Source: Centruroides vittatus
Lineage: Eukaryota
DNA length: 64,000 nt
Direction: 5' to 3'
Assembly (NCBI RefSeq): GCF_030686945.1
Contig: NW_027122681.1
Span: forward strand, 1,802,938 to 1,866,937
The first letter of the stretch is position 1. Each line of letters begins with the position of its first letter. Positions 12,050-23,135 of the stretch are shown piece by piece. Made by a program: the position numbers and the translations under genes. The notes under the pieces were generated by a model. It was not told the DNA's origin. It searched no databases and saw nothing but the letters and a program-made list of their open reading frames with translations.

Positions 12050-13802
12050 AGAAAGAAAGTTACGGCGATCAAGCAGTCAGACTGACTTGTGGGAATGGAC
12101 TGACATCACTGAGACAGGTTACCATCTAAAACCGTTTAATAAACATAAAAATGGAGCTTACAAAAATGCTTTTAATTCGGCGTAACACCAATCCAACGGG
12201 CGGATCAGTCCGTGTAACAGTTCAATAGTCCCGTCGATCGTTTAAACTTCCGATGAAGGTGAGGAGGGTGGTGTCGGCCCCGGGGCACACTGCACGACTT
12301 GTTGTGACGCTTTCGGCGGCGGGATGTACCTGGTCGCAACTCGTCGGGAGCGGAGGTCGGAGACCAGGTCGAAGCGACGATCCAGACTTCGTTGTTAAAC
12401 TTTATCCGGAACCCAGTAGCGGAGCACCCTGCACCGAAGACCAAGAACTCCGAATGTCCTTGAAACGACGATTTTATAATCTTTCTCCCCCAAATCGCCT
12501 CTTCATTGGTCTCTCATTGTCACCTGGTGCCAATTCGAAACCCGATGGAGGGCGCGGGAGAGGTCATCGTCGCGACAGAACTTGATTCCTCTCTCGTCGC
12601 GTGTTTCTCGAATTCGTTCTTTTCCTTTGTTTTAAATACACAGAAAAAACTTCCATTAAACAATGGAAAGCTCCAATTTCGTCCCTTTTTAGTCGAACCC
12701 CGTTCGGGTCCTCACAGGGCACCCCCCTTTCGTTTAAAATGTCGCCACCGGATGCGACATTTTAACCACTGGCTTTTGGCCTCGCGAGCGGATACCGTTT
12801 TGAACTTCACTGGGCATCCGACATTGAACTGATAGCTCTCGCGTGGCTATCGAGTTGTAGGAGGTGTCGCGTAACATTGAATAAAAGTTCGGTTTCCTAT
12901 TGAAACAGCATTTTTTTTTCTAACCGGAACTCCCGATTTTTTTTTAATTGTTTTTAAACATTTCTGTTTTTCTCTGTAGATTGAGCGATTTATATAAATC
13001 TTAAAATCCGATTCTAAATCTCCTAAAAAGCCAAAAAGAGGCAAATACCGACTGCATTCGTGTTCCTGTCCAATTCTGCCGTTTAGGACCACGAACAGTG
13101 ATTCAATAGATGATTTGTCTCATCTGTCACAACAAGAAGCTGAGCGCAAAAGCTGTTACCTGTGCTTCCGGTATGCTTTCGTACCGGCGTACGTGCAAAC
13201 CATGTTCGGAAGTCACAAACATCTCTCTGCAGCTACGTCTCTAGCTCCCCCTTTTTTTTATGTCCGTCTTCTGATTTCGGCGACATTGTCCTGTCATCGA
13301 CTTTTTTTCGATGCAGAACATCACAATTCCAAATCACCGTCAGAGACAATTGTATTTTTCGTTGTTTCTGTCTAAAGGAGCTTTTGTAGATAACTATGAA
13401 GCAATGACGACAATTTCGGTTTTCCTCCTATTATCGTTCATCATCTCCCCTCGTTGTTTTCTGTGCGTCAGAATTTTTTTCTGGGGCAGATGTGATCATC
13501 AAGCACATGCATTTTGGGGGAAATTTTTTTTTCTTTAAATTGGATTATATGAACCACTCAATCTTTGACAAATTCATCAGTGTTCCGTTCGTGACAAATT
13601 TTTTTTTTTTTTTTGACAATTCTTGGTTTTCCGACAATTTGGAATTTGAAAAACGCGTTTCGTCATTGAACTTTCAGGATCTACAATGAGTATTTTACAC
13701 AGATGTAAATTCGTTCGCGACAATTCTGTTCACCAGGGCGATTGTTTTTCACATTTTTTTTTTTTTTGTTTTTGGTATGGTGGCCTCTTCCCTACGGAGA
13801 GC
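12050..13802. repeat. Left inverted arm flanking the gag-pol ORF; a diverged homolog of the reverse complement of about 20470-22850
   Basis: 12508-12552 (cattggtctctcattgtcacctggtgccaattcgaaaccc) matches the reverse complement of 22337-22385. 12100-12200 matches the reverse complement of 22700-22800 (cactgagacag…ggttac…aaaccgtttaat…gcttacaa). A conserved hairpin taaaatgtcgc…gcgacatttta sits at 12737-12768 versus 22065-22095. The sequence around the hairpin aligns only in inverted orientation (ctgtgagg…ccgaac). The arm carries poly-T tracts (13597-13616, 13752-13766). Confidence 0.6.
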
Positions 13803-16800
13803 TCACCATTTACATCGCGTAAATAGGCCGATAGGCGTAGGCGGCGGCAGGCGCTCGCGACCCTGAATTTGTGACGTTGACGCGCCCCCTTCTCCTTCGC
13901 TTCTGCGGAGAGGTTCCACCGTTTGCCCGTGCCTATGGGTTCGTGGCAACACCCAAGGATACTCGTCCGCGGGTCCTTGACTCCGCAAAGCGTATCGGTG
14001 TGTCGGTTGTGCCACGGTGGTTGGCTGACTACTCTCTATCGCTGCCGCGGGCTCTGCCTGATCTGGCTGTATTGACGTTAGGATAAATTCATCCCAGGGG
14101 TCTACTGTTTCGGAAGCTTGTGGTTCCGAAGCCGAAGTCTCGCCTTGAATCGTTTCTGACCTTTGTTCGCTGGTGCATAAAGACGCAAATTCCATTCTCG
14201 CGATAGCAGGTTTCAGACGATTTGCGTGAACGTGTAACTTCTTACCCGTTTGGATATGTTGGACAACAAAGTCCACAGGACTAGTCTCCGCTATAATCCT
14301 ATACGGTCCCTGCCATCTAGGTGCCAGTTTCTTTTTCAACCCAGTAGGGACTACTACTTCCGTCACAAAGACTCGGTCTCCAACTAAAAACTTATGGGGT
14401 TTATTTTTGCGCTGCTGGTATTCCTTCCTGTCCAGCGCGGCCTTTTCCGCGTGCTCTTGAGCTAATTGGTGAGCCAAAGCCAACCTCAACCTTAGCTCGC
14501 TCGCATAGTTCTCACTAACATCATAGCTTGGTCTGCTAGGTTCAGTGACCACGTCGAACGGATAAACCGGATCTCTCCCATATACTAAATAGAATGGGGT
14601 TTCATTCGTGCTGGAATGCACGGCGGTGTTGTATGCGAAAAGCGCAAACGGGACCATCTCGTCCCAGTTGCGTTGGTCTGTATCGGTGTAGTGTGTCAAT
14701 ATATCTACTAACGTTTTATTCAAACGCTCTACCATTCCATTGCATTGGGGGTGGTAGGCGGTAGTAAGCAATCTTTCTATTCGCAAAAGCTCACAAACCT
14801 CGCGCATCATTCTCGAGGTGAAATTTGCGCCTCTATCGGTTAGTAGCTGTTTCGGAACCGAATGTCTTAGGATTATGTGCGTAACAAACGCCTTAGCGAC
14901 TGTCCTGGCTGTGACGTCGGGCAACGGCACTGCCTCGGCCCAACGTGAGAAATGATCCACGAAAACCAGTAGATATCTATTGCCGTTATGGGTAGTGGGA
15001 AAGGGACCTTGAATATCAAGAGCCGTCCTCTCGAATACCTTAGTAATACGGGGAAAAATTTGCAAGGGTGCCTGATGCCCGTGCTGCGGTCTCTTTCGCA
15101 TACTACATTCCTGACATGATTGACAATAGTGAGCTATGTCCTTGTTCATGTCGGTCCAGTAGAATTGAGTGTGCAATTTTTTCTTTAGTTTCTTCGCCCC
15201 CAGGTGTCCTGAACTAGGGATGTCGTGGAACATCTTCAAGACATATTCGACCATGTTCCTGGGTATAACCAATCTGTCCCATATTTCATTTCTGTCAGGG
15301 TTAGACTTCCTATGATACAACGTCTGTTCCGTATCTAAGTAGAACTCACTACTCTCGGGACTCGGACTCTGTTCTGGTGACTGGGAACGGTCGGTTAATT
15401 TCCGTCTAATCTCTATGCAAAAGGGATCTTTTTGCTGTTGTTCTCTGATCTGGGCCTTGCTGAATATTGGGAGTAACTCGTCAATGGAGGAAATCGGCAC
15501 CCTACTCAATGCATCGGCATTGGTGTGCGCCTTTCCTGGACGATGAACTATTTCAAACTGGTACTCCTGCAGAGCCAGATTCCATCTGCTCAACCTTGAG
15601 CTCTCATCCTTCACGTTGATAAGCCATTTTAGAGGCCGGTGATCGGTTATAATTTTAAACTTCCGACCATACAAATATGGCCTAAAATACTTTATGGCCC
15701 AGATGACGGCTAGACATTCCTTCTCCGTCGTGCTGTAGTTTCGCTCGGCTTTCTTGAGCAAGCGGCTCGCGTAAGCCACTGGTAGGTCGCCGCTTTCGTC
15801 CTCCTGCGACAACACAGCGCCTATTGCTACATTGGATGCGTCTGTTGCTATAATGAAGGGTCGACTAAAGTCAGGCGATCGCAGAAGCGGAGCAGAGGTC
15901 AACGCTTTCTTCAATCTCTCAAAAGCTGACTCCTGTTCCTCTTGCCATTGGAATTTCGTTTCTTTCTTCAAAAGCTCGGAGAGAGGCCTTGACATTTTCG
16001 CGTATTGGGCTATATGTCTTCGATAGTATCCAGTCAATCCCAAAAATGCCCGGACATCTCGCTCATTTCTCGGCCGTGGGAAGTCTCGAACAGATTCTAT
16101 TTTTCCCGAATCCGGTCGGATTCCCGCTTCGGAGACCTCATGTCCCAAAAATTTTATCTGTCTCTTTAAAAAGTGACATTTCCTAGGCTTAAGTTTTAAT
16201 CCCGCTACGGCTAATCTTTGGAAGACTAGTTCTAACCTCTCTAGATGAGAGTGGAAGTCGGGACTAAACACAAGGATGTCATCCATATATACTAAGCATA
16301 TTTTGTTCTTCAGCCCACTTAATATCAAATCGGCGCACCTTTGGAATGTGGCCGCTGCGTTGCATAAACCCATCGCGAGGCGATTAAAGTGGTAATGCCC
16401 CGATGGAGTACTGAACCCCGTTTTCTCTTTTGAATCCGGGCTCAGCGGCAGTTGCCAATAGCCACTCAACGTGTCCATAGTAGAATAATATTTGGTCTTG
16501 CCCAATAAGCTCAATGATTCCTGAATCAATGGCAAGGGGTATGGATCTACCTTCGTCACTTTATTTAATTGCCTATAATCTACCACAAATCGATAGCTCG
16601 AATCAGCTTTCTTGACTAATAAAGCTGGCGATGACCATGGGGAGCTGGAGGGTTCAACTACCCCACTCTCCATCATGTCTTCAATTAATTTGTCCATAAC
16701 TTCTCGCTGCGCATAGGGAATGCGATATGGAGCCCGATAGAGTGGAGGACTATCGCCCGTATCTATCTTATGCTCGGCAAAATTGCAATAGCCCAAGTCA

Positions 16801-19325
16801 AAATCATCCCTCGCAAATACCTGTCTGTATTTATACAATAGGTCCAGCAGAGGGGTCAGTTTGTCCTTCCCTATTTCGCTTAAATCGAATAAATTTGCTA
16901 CTTGAGCTCTAGTTAACTCCTTTCCCTTAGGACGTAATGCATTATTTCGTTCGCCCATTTCCTTTGTTTCTTCCTCCGCCTTAAAAAAGGTGCCTACTTT
17001 ACTTCCTCTATTTAATTTAATAGGTTGAGTTGCAACATTCATAATTCTAATCGGTATTTTACCGCGGTGTTGTGTTTTCACTAAGATCCCTGCTATAAAC
17101 GTTTCTTCTCGGTCTAAGGTGCAAGGTTCTACTACTCCTACCTGGTTAACGACTTCTCCTCTCACATTTCCTTCCACAATGACTTCCGATCGCGGAGGAA
17201 TTACGCAATCGTTTAACAACACGACGTCTTTCGGAGCGTCATCTTCCCTTTTGTTTTTTCTAACCGCTGAACTTTGGTTTAGAGTTTCTAAATTGTTTCT
17301 CTGTTTGCTTATCCGCACGCGGCTACCTTTTCTTTGTCTTTTATATTTGTTACATTTATTAAACTTGTTCCTAACTTCGCCAACATAGTCTAATCGTGTC
17401 ACATTTTCCTCGACCCTAACATGTGGCTTCTTCTCTTTCTGTCTATTATCCCTTGTTTCTAATCTTCGCGGATTACTAACTTTGTTGTGAAAACTCGCTA
17501 ATCCCCAAAAGGTTATCTCATCTCCCGTTGGGAATATTAGCTTCGCATTTTTAATGGATATGGTTATATCATATTTCTCAATTATATCCCTTCCTAAAAT
17601 TCCCTCATTTGGCTCGGTTATTTTAGGGTCTACCACGTAACAGTCGTGCGAAAACGCTAGGTTGCCAATTTTAAATTTTATGTTATATTTTCCCATTGTT
17701 TCTATTTCATGCCCTGTTACGCTTATTAACTCTACCGCGCTCGTTTCCGCTTTCTGCACTTTGCTCAAATCAGGAAAGAGAGTTTTAGATACTAATGTAA
17801 CGGCTGCGCCCGTATCTATCGTTAGTCGCGTTCTTTTACTTTCTATTTCGCAGACCAAGGTACACGGCGGTAATTCCAGCGGAGAATCCTCACTCTTTGA
17901 TCTCCCGACTCCCGCTAATGGGATTGTATTGCGCGCTTCCTCCTGTAACCGTTCCCAGTCGCGTGGTTGATCTCTAACTTTAACCGTGATAACTCTATCG
18001 CCGCGATTCCCTTTTGAACTATCTCGCCTTCCTTCCCTCTGATAATCGGCTTGTTCGCCGCTTCCTTCTGAACTTGGCAAGGCTAGGCATTTGCTGGCGG
18101 TCGCCCCAAACGGTGTTCGCGGCGTCGCGTAACTCCCTTCCGGCCAATCCTGATCGTACCGCGCCGGAAAATAAGGCGTTTGTTCCCAATTTTGCCCTTC
18201 ATTTTGCCCAAACTGCCTATAATGGGCCTGATAAAAAGGAGCACGACCCGTATATTGTAAATACAATGGGTTTGGAAAGGGTGCTATCGGGGTTTGTTTC
18301 CTAGACACCGACTGATCGCACTGGTTAAATTCCGGCCATACCTGATATGAATGGACAAAAGGCAAGGGTTTTTCCCGGTCTACTTGTCCCGTTAGTGGAA
18401 AAGGGTTCGGTCCGCGGTATTGCCACAACGGCCTTGGATAGAAATTCGCGGGAGAGGGCCTAAATGATCGCCCACCCGGGGGTCTAGAAAAGTTCGGAGG
18501 CCGTGGTTGGCGTTGCCCGCTCGAATAATTCTGCGCTTTTCCCCTTCCAAAATTGGGTGTAGTAGCGGATTGGGGTGTTTGCCTAAATTGCGTGTACGCC
18601 TCCTTACGAGGATTATTTATTGGTTCTTTTGAAATGCGCTTCTCAAATTTTTTTCCTAAATCTTCGAGTTGCCTCGAAATTTGCTCGATTTTCGCATCCA
18701 GCGCGGGTTCTTGGGTTACGTTTTTGTTCTCCCTTTCTAGTGCGTGATCGTCCTGCGTTTCCTCTACGCCCGCAACCAAATTCCTATTTTTCCCCGTTAG
18801 CTGTTCGATCGTTTCCTCCCTAATCGCTATCCTTAATGCTTCTGCGAATGTGGGAGGGTCTTGTGCCATAACATTTCTTTTATGCTTCTCGTTTAGTCCG
18901 TACAAAAATTGGACGTGAAGCTTTTCATCTAGCTCCCGCTGCAGACATTGTCTTATGGTGGCGTGCTCCTGCTCTGTCGTTCCCGTGTGTTGGATGGTCG
19001 TCGCGCTGGCTAGAGTTTGCAACCTAACCGCAAATTCTTGCACCTTTTCTTCCCGTCTCTGGACGCAAGCGTGAAATTTTTGCACGCGAATCGAATACGG
19101 TTCTTGGTTAAACCTCTGCACCATTAATCGTCGAAACTCGTCGTACGCGATAACGCTTTTCATCTGCATGTCCCTCCATGCAAAATCTCTGGCTACGCCC
19201 GCTAGTTTGCATTTCGCGATACCTAATTTCTGTCTCGCGGTCCATCCCGCTAAGCTGGCTACCTCGTCCAACGTATCAAAAAAGTCGGAGATGCGCCCGC
19301 TTTCCCCGGAAAAGGTTGGGATCAT
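13803..19325 (-). CDS. Intact 1840-aa gag-pol polyprotein of an LTR-retrotransposon type (capsid-like Gag; aspartic protease DTGA; RT with YMDD; RNase H; HHCC + DDE integrase)
   Basis: A single uninterrupted ORF. Motifs seen: LTIDTGAAVTLVS (protease); YYSTMDTLSGYWQ and CLVYMDDILVFS (RT); IIATDASNVAIGAVLSQ (RNase H); HYCQSCQECSMRKRP (HHCC zinc finger); LVFVDHFSRWAEAVP…LLTDRGANFTS (DDE core); GDRVFV…KLAPRWQGPYRI (integrase C-terminus). The PR-RT-RH-IN order fits Ty3/gypsy or BEL-Pao. GC content is about 48% versus about 25% in the host. Confidence 0.9.
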   Translation of the reverse strand: MIPTFSGESGRISDFFDTLDEVASLAGWTARQKLGIAKCKLAGVARDFAWRDMQMKSVIAYDEFRRLMVQRFNQEPYSIRVQKFHACVQRREEKVQEFAVRLQTLASATTIQHTGTTEQEHATIRQCLQRELDEKLHVQFLYGLNEKHKRNVMAQDPPTFAEALRIAIREETIEQLTGKNRNLVAGVEETQDDHALERENKNVTQEPALDAKIEQISRQLEDLGKKFEKRISKEPINNPRKEAYTQFRQTPQSATTPNFGRGKAQNYSSGQRQPRPPNFSRPPGGRSFRPSPANFYPRPLWQYRGPNPFPLTGQVDREKPLPFVHSYQVWPEFNQCDQSVSRKQTPIAPFPNPLYLQYTGRAPFYQAHYRQFGQNEGQNWEQTPYFPARYDQDWPEGSYATPRTPFGATASKCLALPSSEGSGEQADYQREGRRDSSKGNRGDRVITVKVRDQPRDWERLQEEARNTIPLAGVGRSKSEDSPLELPPCTLVCEIESKRTRLTIDTGAAVTLVSKTLFPDLSKVQKAETSAVELISVTGHEIETMGKYNIKFKIGNLAFSHDCYVVDPKITEPNEGILGRDIIEKYDITISIKNAKLIFPTGDEITFWGLASFHNKVSNPRRLETRDNRQKEKKPHVRVEENVTRLDYVGEVRNKFNKCNKYKRQRKGSRVRISKQRNNLETLNQSSAVRKNKREDDAPKDVVLLNDCVIPPRSEVIVEGNVRGEVVNQVGVVEPCTLDREETFIAGILVKTQHRGKIPIRIMNVATQPIKLNRGSKVGTFFKAEEETKEMGERNNALRPKGKELTRAQVANLFDLSEIGKDKLTPLLDLLYKYRQVFARDDFDLGYCNFAEHKIDTGDSPPLYRAPYRIPYAQREVMDKLIEDMMESGVVEPSSSPWSSPALLVKKADSSYRFVVDYRQLNKVTKVDPYPLPLIQESLSLLGKTKYYSTMDTLSGYWQLPLSPDSKEKTGFSTPSGHYHFNRLAMGLCNAAATFQRCADLILSGLKNKICLVYMDDILVFSPDFHSHLERLELVFQRLAVAGLKLKPRKCHFLKRQIKFLGHEVSEAGIRPDSGKIESVRDFPRPRNERDVRAFLGLTGYYRRHIAQYAKMSRPLSELLKKETKFQWQEEQESAFERLKKALTSAPLLRSPDFSRPFIIATDASNVAIGAVLSQEDESGDLPVAYASRLLKKAERNYSTTEKECLAVIWAIKYFRPYLYGRKFKIITDHRPLKWLINVKDESSRLSRWNLALQEYQFEIVHRPGKAHTNADALSRVPISSIDELLPIFSKAQIREQQQKDPFCIEIRRKLTDRSQSPEQSPSPESSEFYLDTEQTLYHRKSNPDRNEIWDRLVIPRNMVEYVLKMFHDIPSSGHLGAKKLKKKLHTQFYWTDMNKDIAHYCQSCQECSMRKRPQHGHQAPLQIFPRITKVFERTALDIQGPFPTTHNGNRYLLVFVDHFSRWAEAVPLPDVTARTVAKAFVTHIILRHSVPKQLLTDRGANFTSRMMREVCELLRIERLLTTAYHPQCNGMVERLNKTLVDILTHYTDTDQRNWDEMVPFALFAYNTAVHSSTNETPFYLVYGRDPVYPFDVVTEPSRPSYDVSENYASELRLRLALAHQLAQEHAEKAALDRKEYQQRKNKPHKFLVGDRVFVTEVVVPTGLKKKLAPRWQGPYRIIAETSPVDFVVQHIQTGKKLHVHANRLKPAIARMEFASLCTSEQRSETIQGETSASEPQASETVDPWDEFILTSIQPDQAEPAAAIESSQPTTVAQPTHRYALRSQGPADEYPWVLPRTHRHGQTVEPLRRSEGEGGASTSQIQGRERLPPPTPIGLFTRCKW

Positions 19326-19992
19326 CCCACCACACTGGTGTCAGAGAAGTGGGATTTTAAATGCAGAATTTGCACAAATTCAGCGGGCCCACACTATAGT
19401 TGAGGATGCCGACATCAAAATTTCGCCCCGAAATTGAGTTAAAGGTGGGTCGGAACGATAGATGCTGAGACAGACACTTCGGCGCGAACTCGCGAGTTAG
19501 TTAGCAGTTCTCTTTCATTGGCCTTGGGAGGAATGATACCTGCTTTATTCGGTGAAAGTAAGCGTATTATGACTTCTTCGATCCCTTAAAAAAATATCGA
19601 GCTTAGCTGGATGATCCCGCAGAAATGCTTTAGTTAACCAAGCGCAAGCTCGCAGGTGCGACAATGATAGAATAAATAGGCTTGACCGAGCAACAAAACG
19701 CCACTATAAAATAGTGCCAGCAGCGGAAGTAGGCAAGATGTTCCGAGGTCAGTTTTTCAAAATATAAGTAAAAACATTAAACTGAGCGTCAGGATGCTTG
19801 GCACTGCTTCATTCACAAAAGCTCTAAAGGTAGCCATTAGGGAAGAAACGAGTGACTAGCAGAATGCATAGTTTTGTCAGGCGCGAAGCTGAAACGACGG
19901 AGAATAACCTAATGGATTCGGGAAGAGTGAAACTCCATAAGAAATCTGCGTTCGGTGCAAAGATGGGTCAAAATTTTAAACAGTTTAAAACT

Positions 19993-20427
19993 TTAGGAAA
20001 AATTGTTAGATAATCGAACATTGTCAGTACCGCTAACTGGTGCGCAAAGATAATATTCAGAATAAACAAACAGGACAACCCATGGAACGAGGGAATAGCG
20101 AAGTAGGAAACGCACACCCCTATCCGAATTCGCTGCAATGCTTTTCGCAACCTCATAACATGCAACCACTGTCGCCCGATTGGTATGGAGAAAAGGACGT
20201 CCCTCTGCCATCTCTAGTCGAGTGGAAATCGAGGCCAATGCGTTGCAGGTTCCGATTATAAATCCATCGTATTCATTGCGATATAGGCTAATTATTTCAG
20301 TAGATACTCTTTCATCAATCGCAGAATAGGCAAATCGAATCCGAAGTCGATTGAAATTTAGAACAGGCACTTTATGTAGAGGATTTTCTGACAGTATTAG
20401 CCCGGAAACAGGCCAATGCGACCGCAA
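19993..20427 (-). other. 144-aa ORF in the unique leader between the right arm and gag, same strand as gag-pol (possible accessory ORF)
   Basis: Six-frame ORF MRSHWPVSGL… of 144 aa with no recognisable domain. It lies 670 nt upstream of the gag ATG. Confidence 0.15.
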
Positions 20428-20469
20428 CTAGATGCTTAGCTTTTCTCAGTCCCAAGGTAGACGCAAAGC

Positions 20470-22850
20470 AAGCAGATTGTCAATTGCGAAAAAAAATATA
20501 GCAACTTTAACCTAAGGTTAAGATTACAAGCAATTACGGTATCCTACTCTCTTTTTTCTATCGGTCCGGTTTTGCGAACTGTGAATGATGAACTTTCATT
20601 CTGGAGAGGAGAGATCATCATAAAAACAAAAGCGAATGTTAATTTTAATTGAATTCACGTTTTCTGAAAATAAAAATTGTCGCTGAAAAAAAATGTATGC
20701 AAAAAACGTGCTTAAATGTTAAAATTGTCGCGAATCGGAATTCAAGTCAATGTGAGCGTGGTGCATTTCGAAAGGGAGCCATAGTATTGTTTTTGTTTCG
20801 TGTAAACTGTTCTGTCCATCCCTTACGAAGCGCTCACGATTGAGCCTACACTGGTCAAGGGAAGAGAGTCATGTCGGGGAAGCGACTTATCTCCTTGGTC
20901 AACGCCTTTCCAAAATTTTCTCACACTTAGGATAGATGACAGAAAATTGTCACTTTGTCTGTCCTAGAGAGAATGAGGATTTGATCACTCTCGAGAAAAC
21001 TTAACGATGATCTTCTATTTGATTCGCGCTCATCGGAAAACAATTTTGTCGTGATCAAAACATTGATGAAAACTTCTGTTATAGATTGAGTAATTTATAT
21101 AGTCAAAATGTCAGAAAATTTTTTCCTTTTTTGCGTACATGATGATTGATCATACCTGTCACAGTCGAGACTGCGAATAGACTCTGACCAGATCAAACGG
21201 AAGTTACGGAATAACACTCTGAACTGTGTGACCTTGATTAGCGGTAATCTGCGTCGGAAAACCGATGATAGAGAACTGTCACTGGTTCAAGAGACTGACA
21301 TCCGGAAGTTATGGCCGTAAAGACATTGGCAAGATCACAACTGCACACCGTCAATGCAGAAGCTCCATGATCCTCTTTCGGTCCAGTACAAAAAAAAAAA
21401 AAAAAAAAAAAAAAAATGGAAAAGATTTGACCCCCATGGTAAAGACGAAGTTTTTCAGAAAACTTGGAACGGAACTAGATGCATAGCTTCGAAAAGCACG
21501 TGTCTTCAACTTAGATCCAGAGAACTCCGCGCTACACGTGCACCTGAATGGCTATGAAGTTCCCAAGTTCCAATTCTGATTGAAACAGGCGAATTAAACT
21601 AAACGTTGAACCTGTTATCAGATTTCTGAATCAGATGTTCCGAAAAATTAGGAAGGGAACACGAATACATTCCATTCCTCCCCCCTCCGTTTCAGACCAT
21701 TTTCTGAAAATTTTGAGATTGTGTGAATTGCTCAGTCTGAAAACGAAAAACGAAAAAAAAACTCACATGTTTTAGAAAATAGTTTGTCGATCATTTATGT
21801 TGTTAAAATATTATTCGATGACCGTGATTGTTATTTGATTATTTGTAACCAATCTTATAAACAGACATGTGATGTTACACAAACATTTCGATGAATTGTA
21901 AACGATATTCTATACCATTCAATAATGTATCGAAAAAAAAAACTTTGGTGTAACTCGAAACCGAACGCGCGCCAGAGAAGGCTGGATTCTCAGACAAGTA
22001 TCGCTGTTACGTCACTTGGCAAACAAAGGGAGAAAGGACTGTCAGCTTCCAGAGCTGCCAGCTAAAATGTCGTTATTCCGTTACGACATTTTAAATTGGC
22101 GGGAAGCTCTGTGAGGCTCTGGATAGGTCCGAACCTCACTGAAATTCGCGTTAAAATCATTTATTTTTAGAAAAAAATTATTTTTTTTTAGAGAAAAAAA
22201 AAATAGAAGTTAGAAATAGTTTTTCTTAAGGAAAACGACGCGAACTGTTAAACAATAGAACAATGGGGAAACGTAGATCGTCTATCTCCGAGTGGGAATC
22301 GAATTAAACTTCGATTTTGACCTCTCCTGCGCCCCCGAAAGGTTTCGAATTGTCACCAGGTGACGAGAAGAGACCAATCGGAAAGCGGAATCGGAGGAAA
22401 ACAGATAAAACCTGAGAATTCAAGGACGCGAGGGCTTCTTCTCCCGAAAGTTCCAAGTGACGGATCTATTGTTGTGTGTGTGTCTGGTGCCCATCTTCGT
22501 CTCCGTCTCCCGACCTCGGATCGACATCTTTCCATCAACGGAAGTCGACCGCATCGTCCTGGAGTCGCGGAGTCGTCGAGGGAACTGGCCATTCGCGACC
22601 TAGGGACACTCCTTCAAAATGAGACTATATTCGAAAGGAGAGGAAGACCCAGAGACTGCTGCCGACCTAGAACTTCCAAGATCGCGGAAATCTTGTAAGC
22701 TTCTTTCGTGTCAAATAAACGGTTTCTTGTAACCGTAGAGTCTGTCTCAGTGCCGGTCGCCCACATACGACCCTTCGCGACCGCTCGACCCTCTTGACAT
22801 AGTCGGCACCCTGTCGGCAAACTCACAAATGCAAGGTTGAAAATTAACAT
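20470..22850. repeat. Right inverted arm (reverse-complement homolog of 12050-13802)
   Basis: See the left arm. It holds a poly(A)27 tract at 21380-21406 and repeated aaattgtcgc motifs. These appear on the opposite strand in the left arm (gcgacaatt), consistent with inversion. The inner boundary is uncertain; 19326-20470 looks unique. Confidence 0.5.
21380..21406 (+). repeat. Poly(A)27 homopolymer inside the right arm
   Basis: cagtac(a)27tggaaaag. The mirror poly-T tracts are at 13597-13616 and 13752-13766 in the left arm. Confidence 0.8.
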
Positions 22851-22929
22851 AAAAAATGGTCCTCGATGCTCTTTTATTAAAGATGGGCTTACAAAATTGC
22901 CATAAAATAGCCAATCTGATAGCCAGGGA

Positions 22930-23135
22930 TTTAACTAGTTTATCAATATGATTCTTGAAAGTTATTTTTAATTGAAATCATGTAACTTCCAGTCCAGACT
23001 GGAAGTTCATACATATTTAACCAGGGCCCTTAACTTTCCATATCTGGTTTCGATTTTCATCTATCTCTGTTCTCATGATTAATAAAAGATGGACAGAGAG
23101 ACAATAGAGGGAATGTATGGGGCTGAAATTTGAAA
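22930..23135. repeat. Copy of the same family (middle + tail), abutting the right arm of the gag-pol unit
   Basis: Reads ccagactggaagttcatacatatttaaccagggcccttaactttccatatctggtttcgattttcatctatctc…gacagagagacaatagagggaatgtatggggctgaaatttgaaaaatttcagacc. Confidence 0.5.

Larger units (their letters stand above)
12050..22850 (-). mobile_element. ~10.8-kb retroelement-like unit: gag-pol core flanked by inverted (not direct) ~1.7-2.3 kb arms, sitting in an intron of the PARP4-like gene
   Basis: No direct repeat (LTR) could be found by eye within 3.5 kb on either side of the ORF. The sequences flanking the ORF are reverse complements of each other at about 75-85% identity. Element-strand landmarks in the leader are a TATA-like tattttatag (19680-19700) and AATAAA (19555). 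Outer boundaries are approximate. Confidence 0.45.

Noticed and set aside
12205-13689. Cluster of 65-110 aa ORFs on both strands (e.g. 12253..12585, 12506..12832, 13115..13538)
   Set aside because: They lie in the GC-rich inverted arm and mutually overlap in different frames. They are low-complexity (R/G/P/S-rich) with no domain signatures. They are most likely non-coding repeat sequence.
13400-19700. Canonical short direct LTRs immediately flanking the gag-pol ORF
   Set aside because: I compared the ~400 bp 3' of the stop, from the PPT-like ggaagagg, with the ~400 bp 5' of the PBS region in direct orientation and found no shared sequence. Only inverted homology to the distal arms was found.
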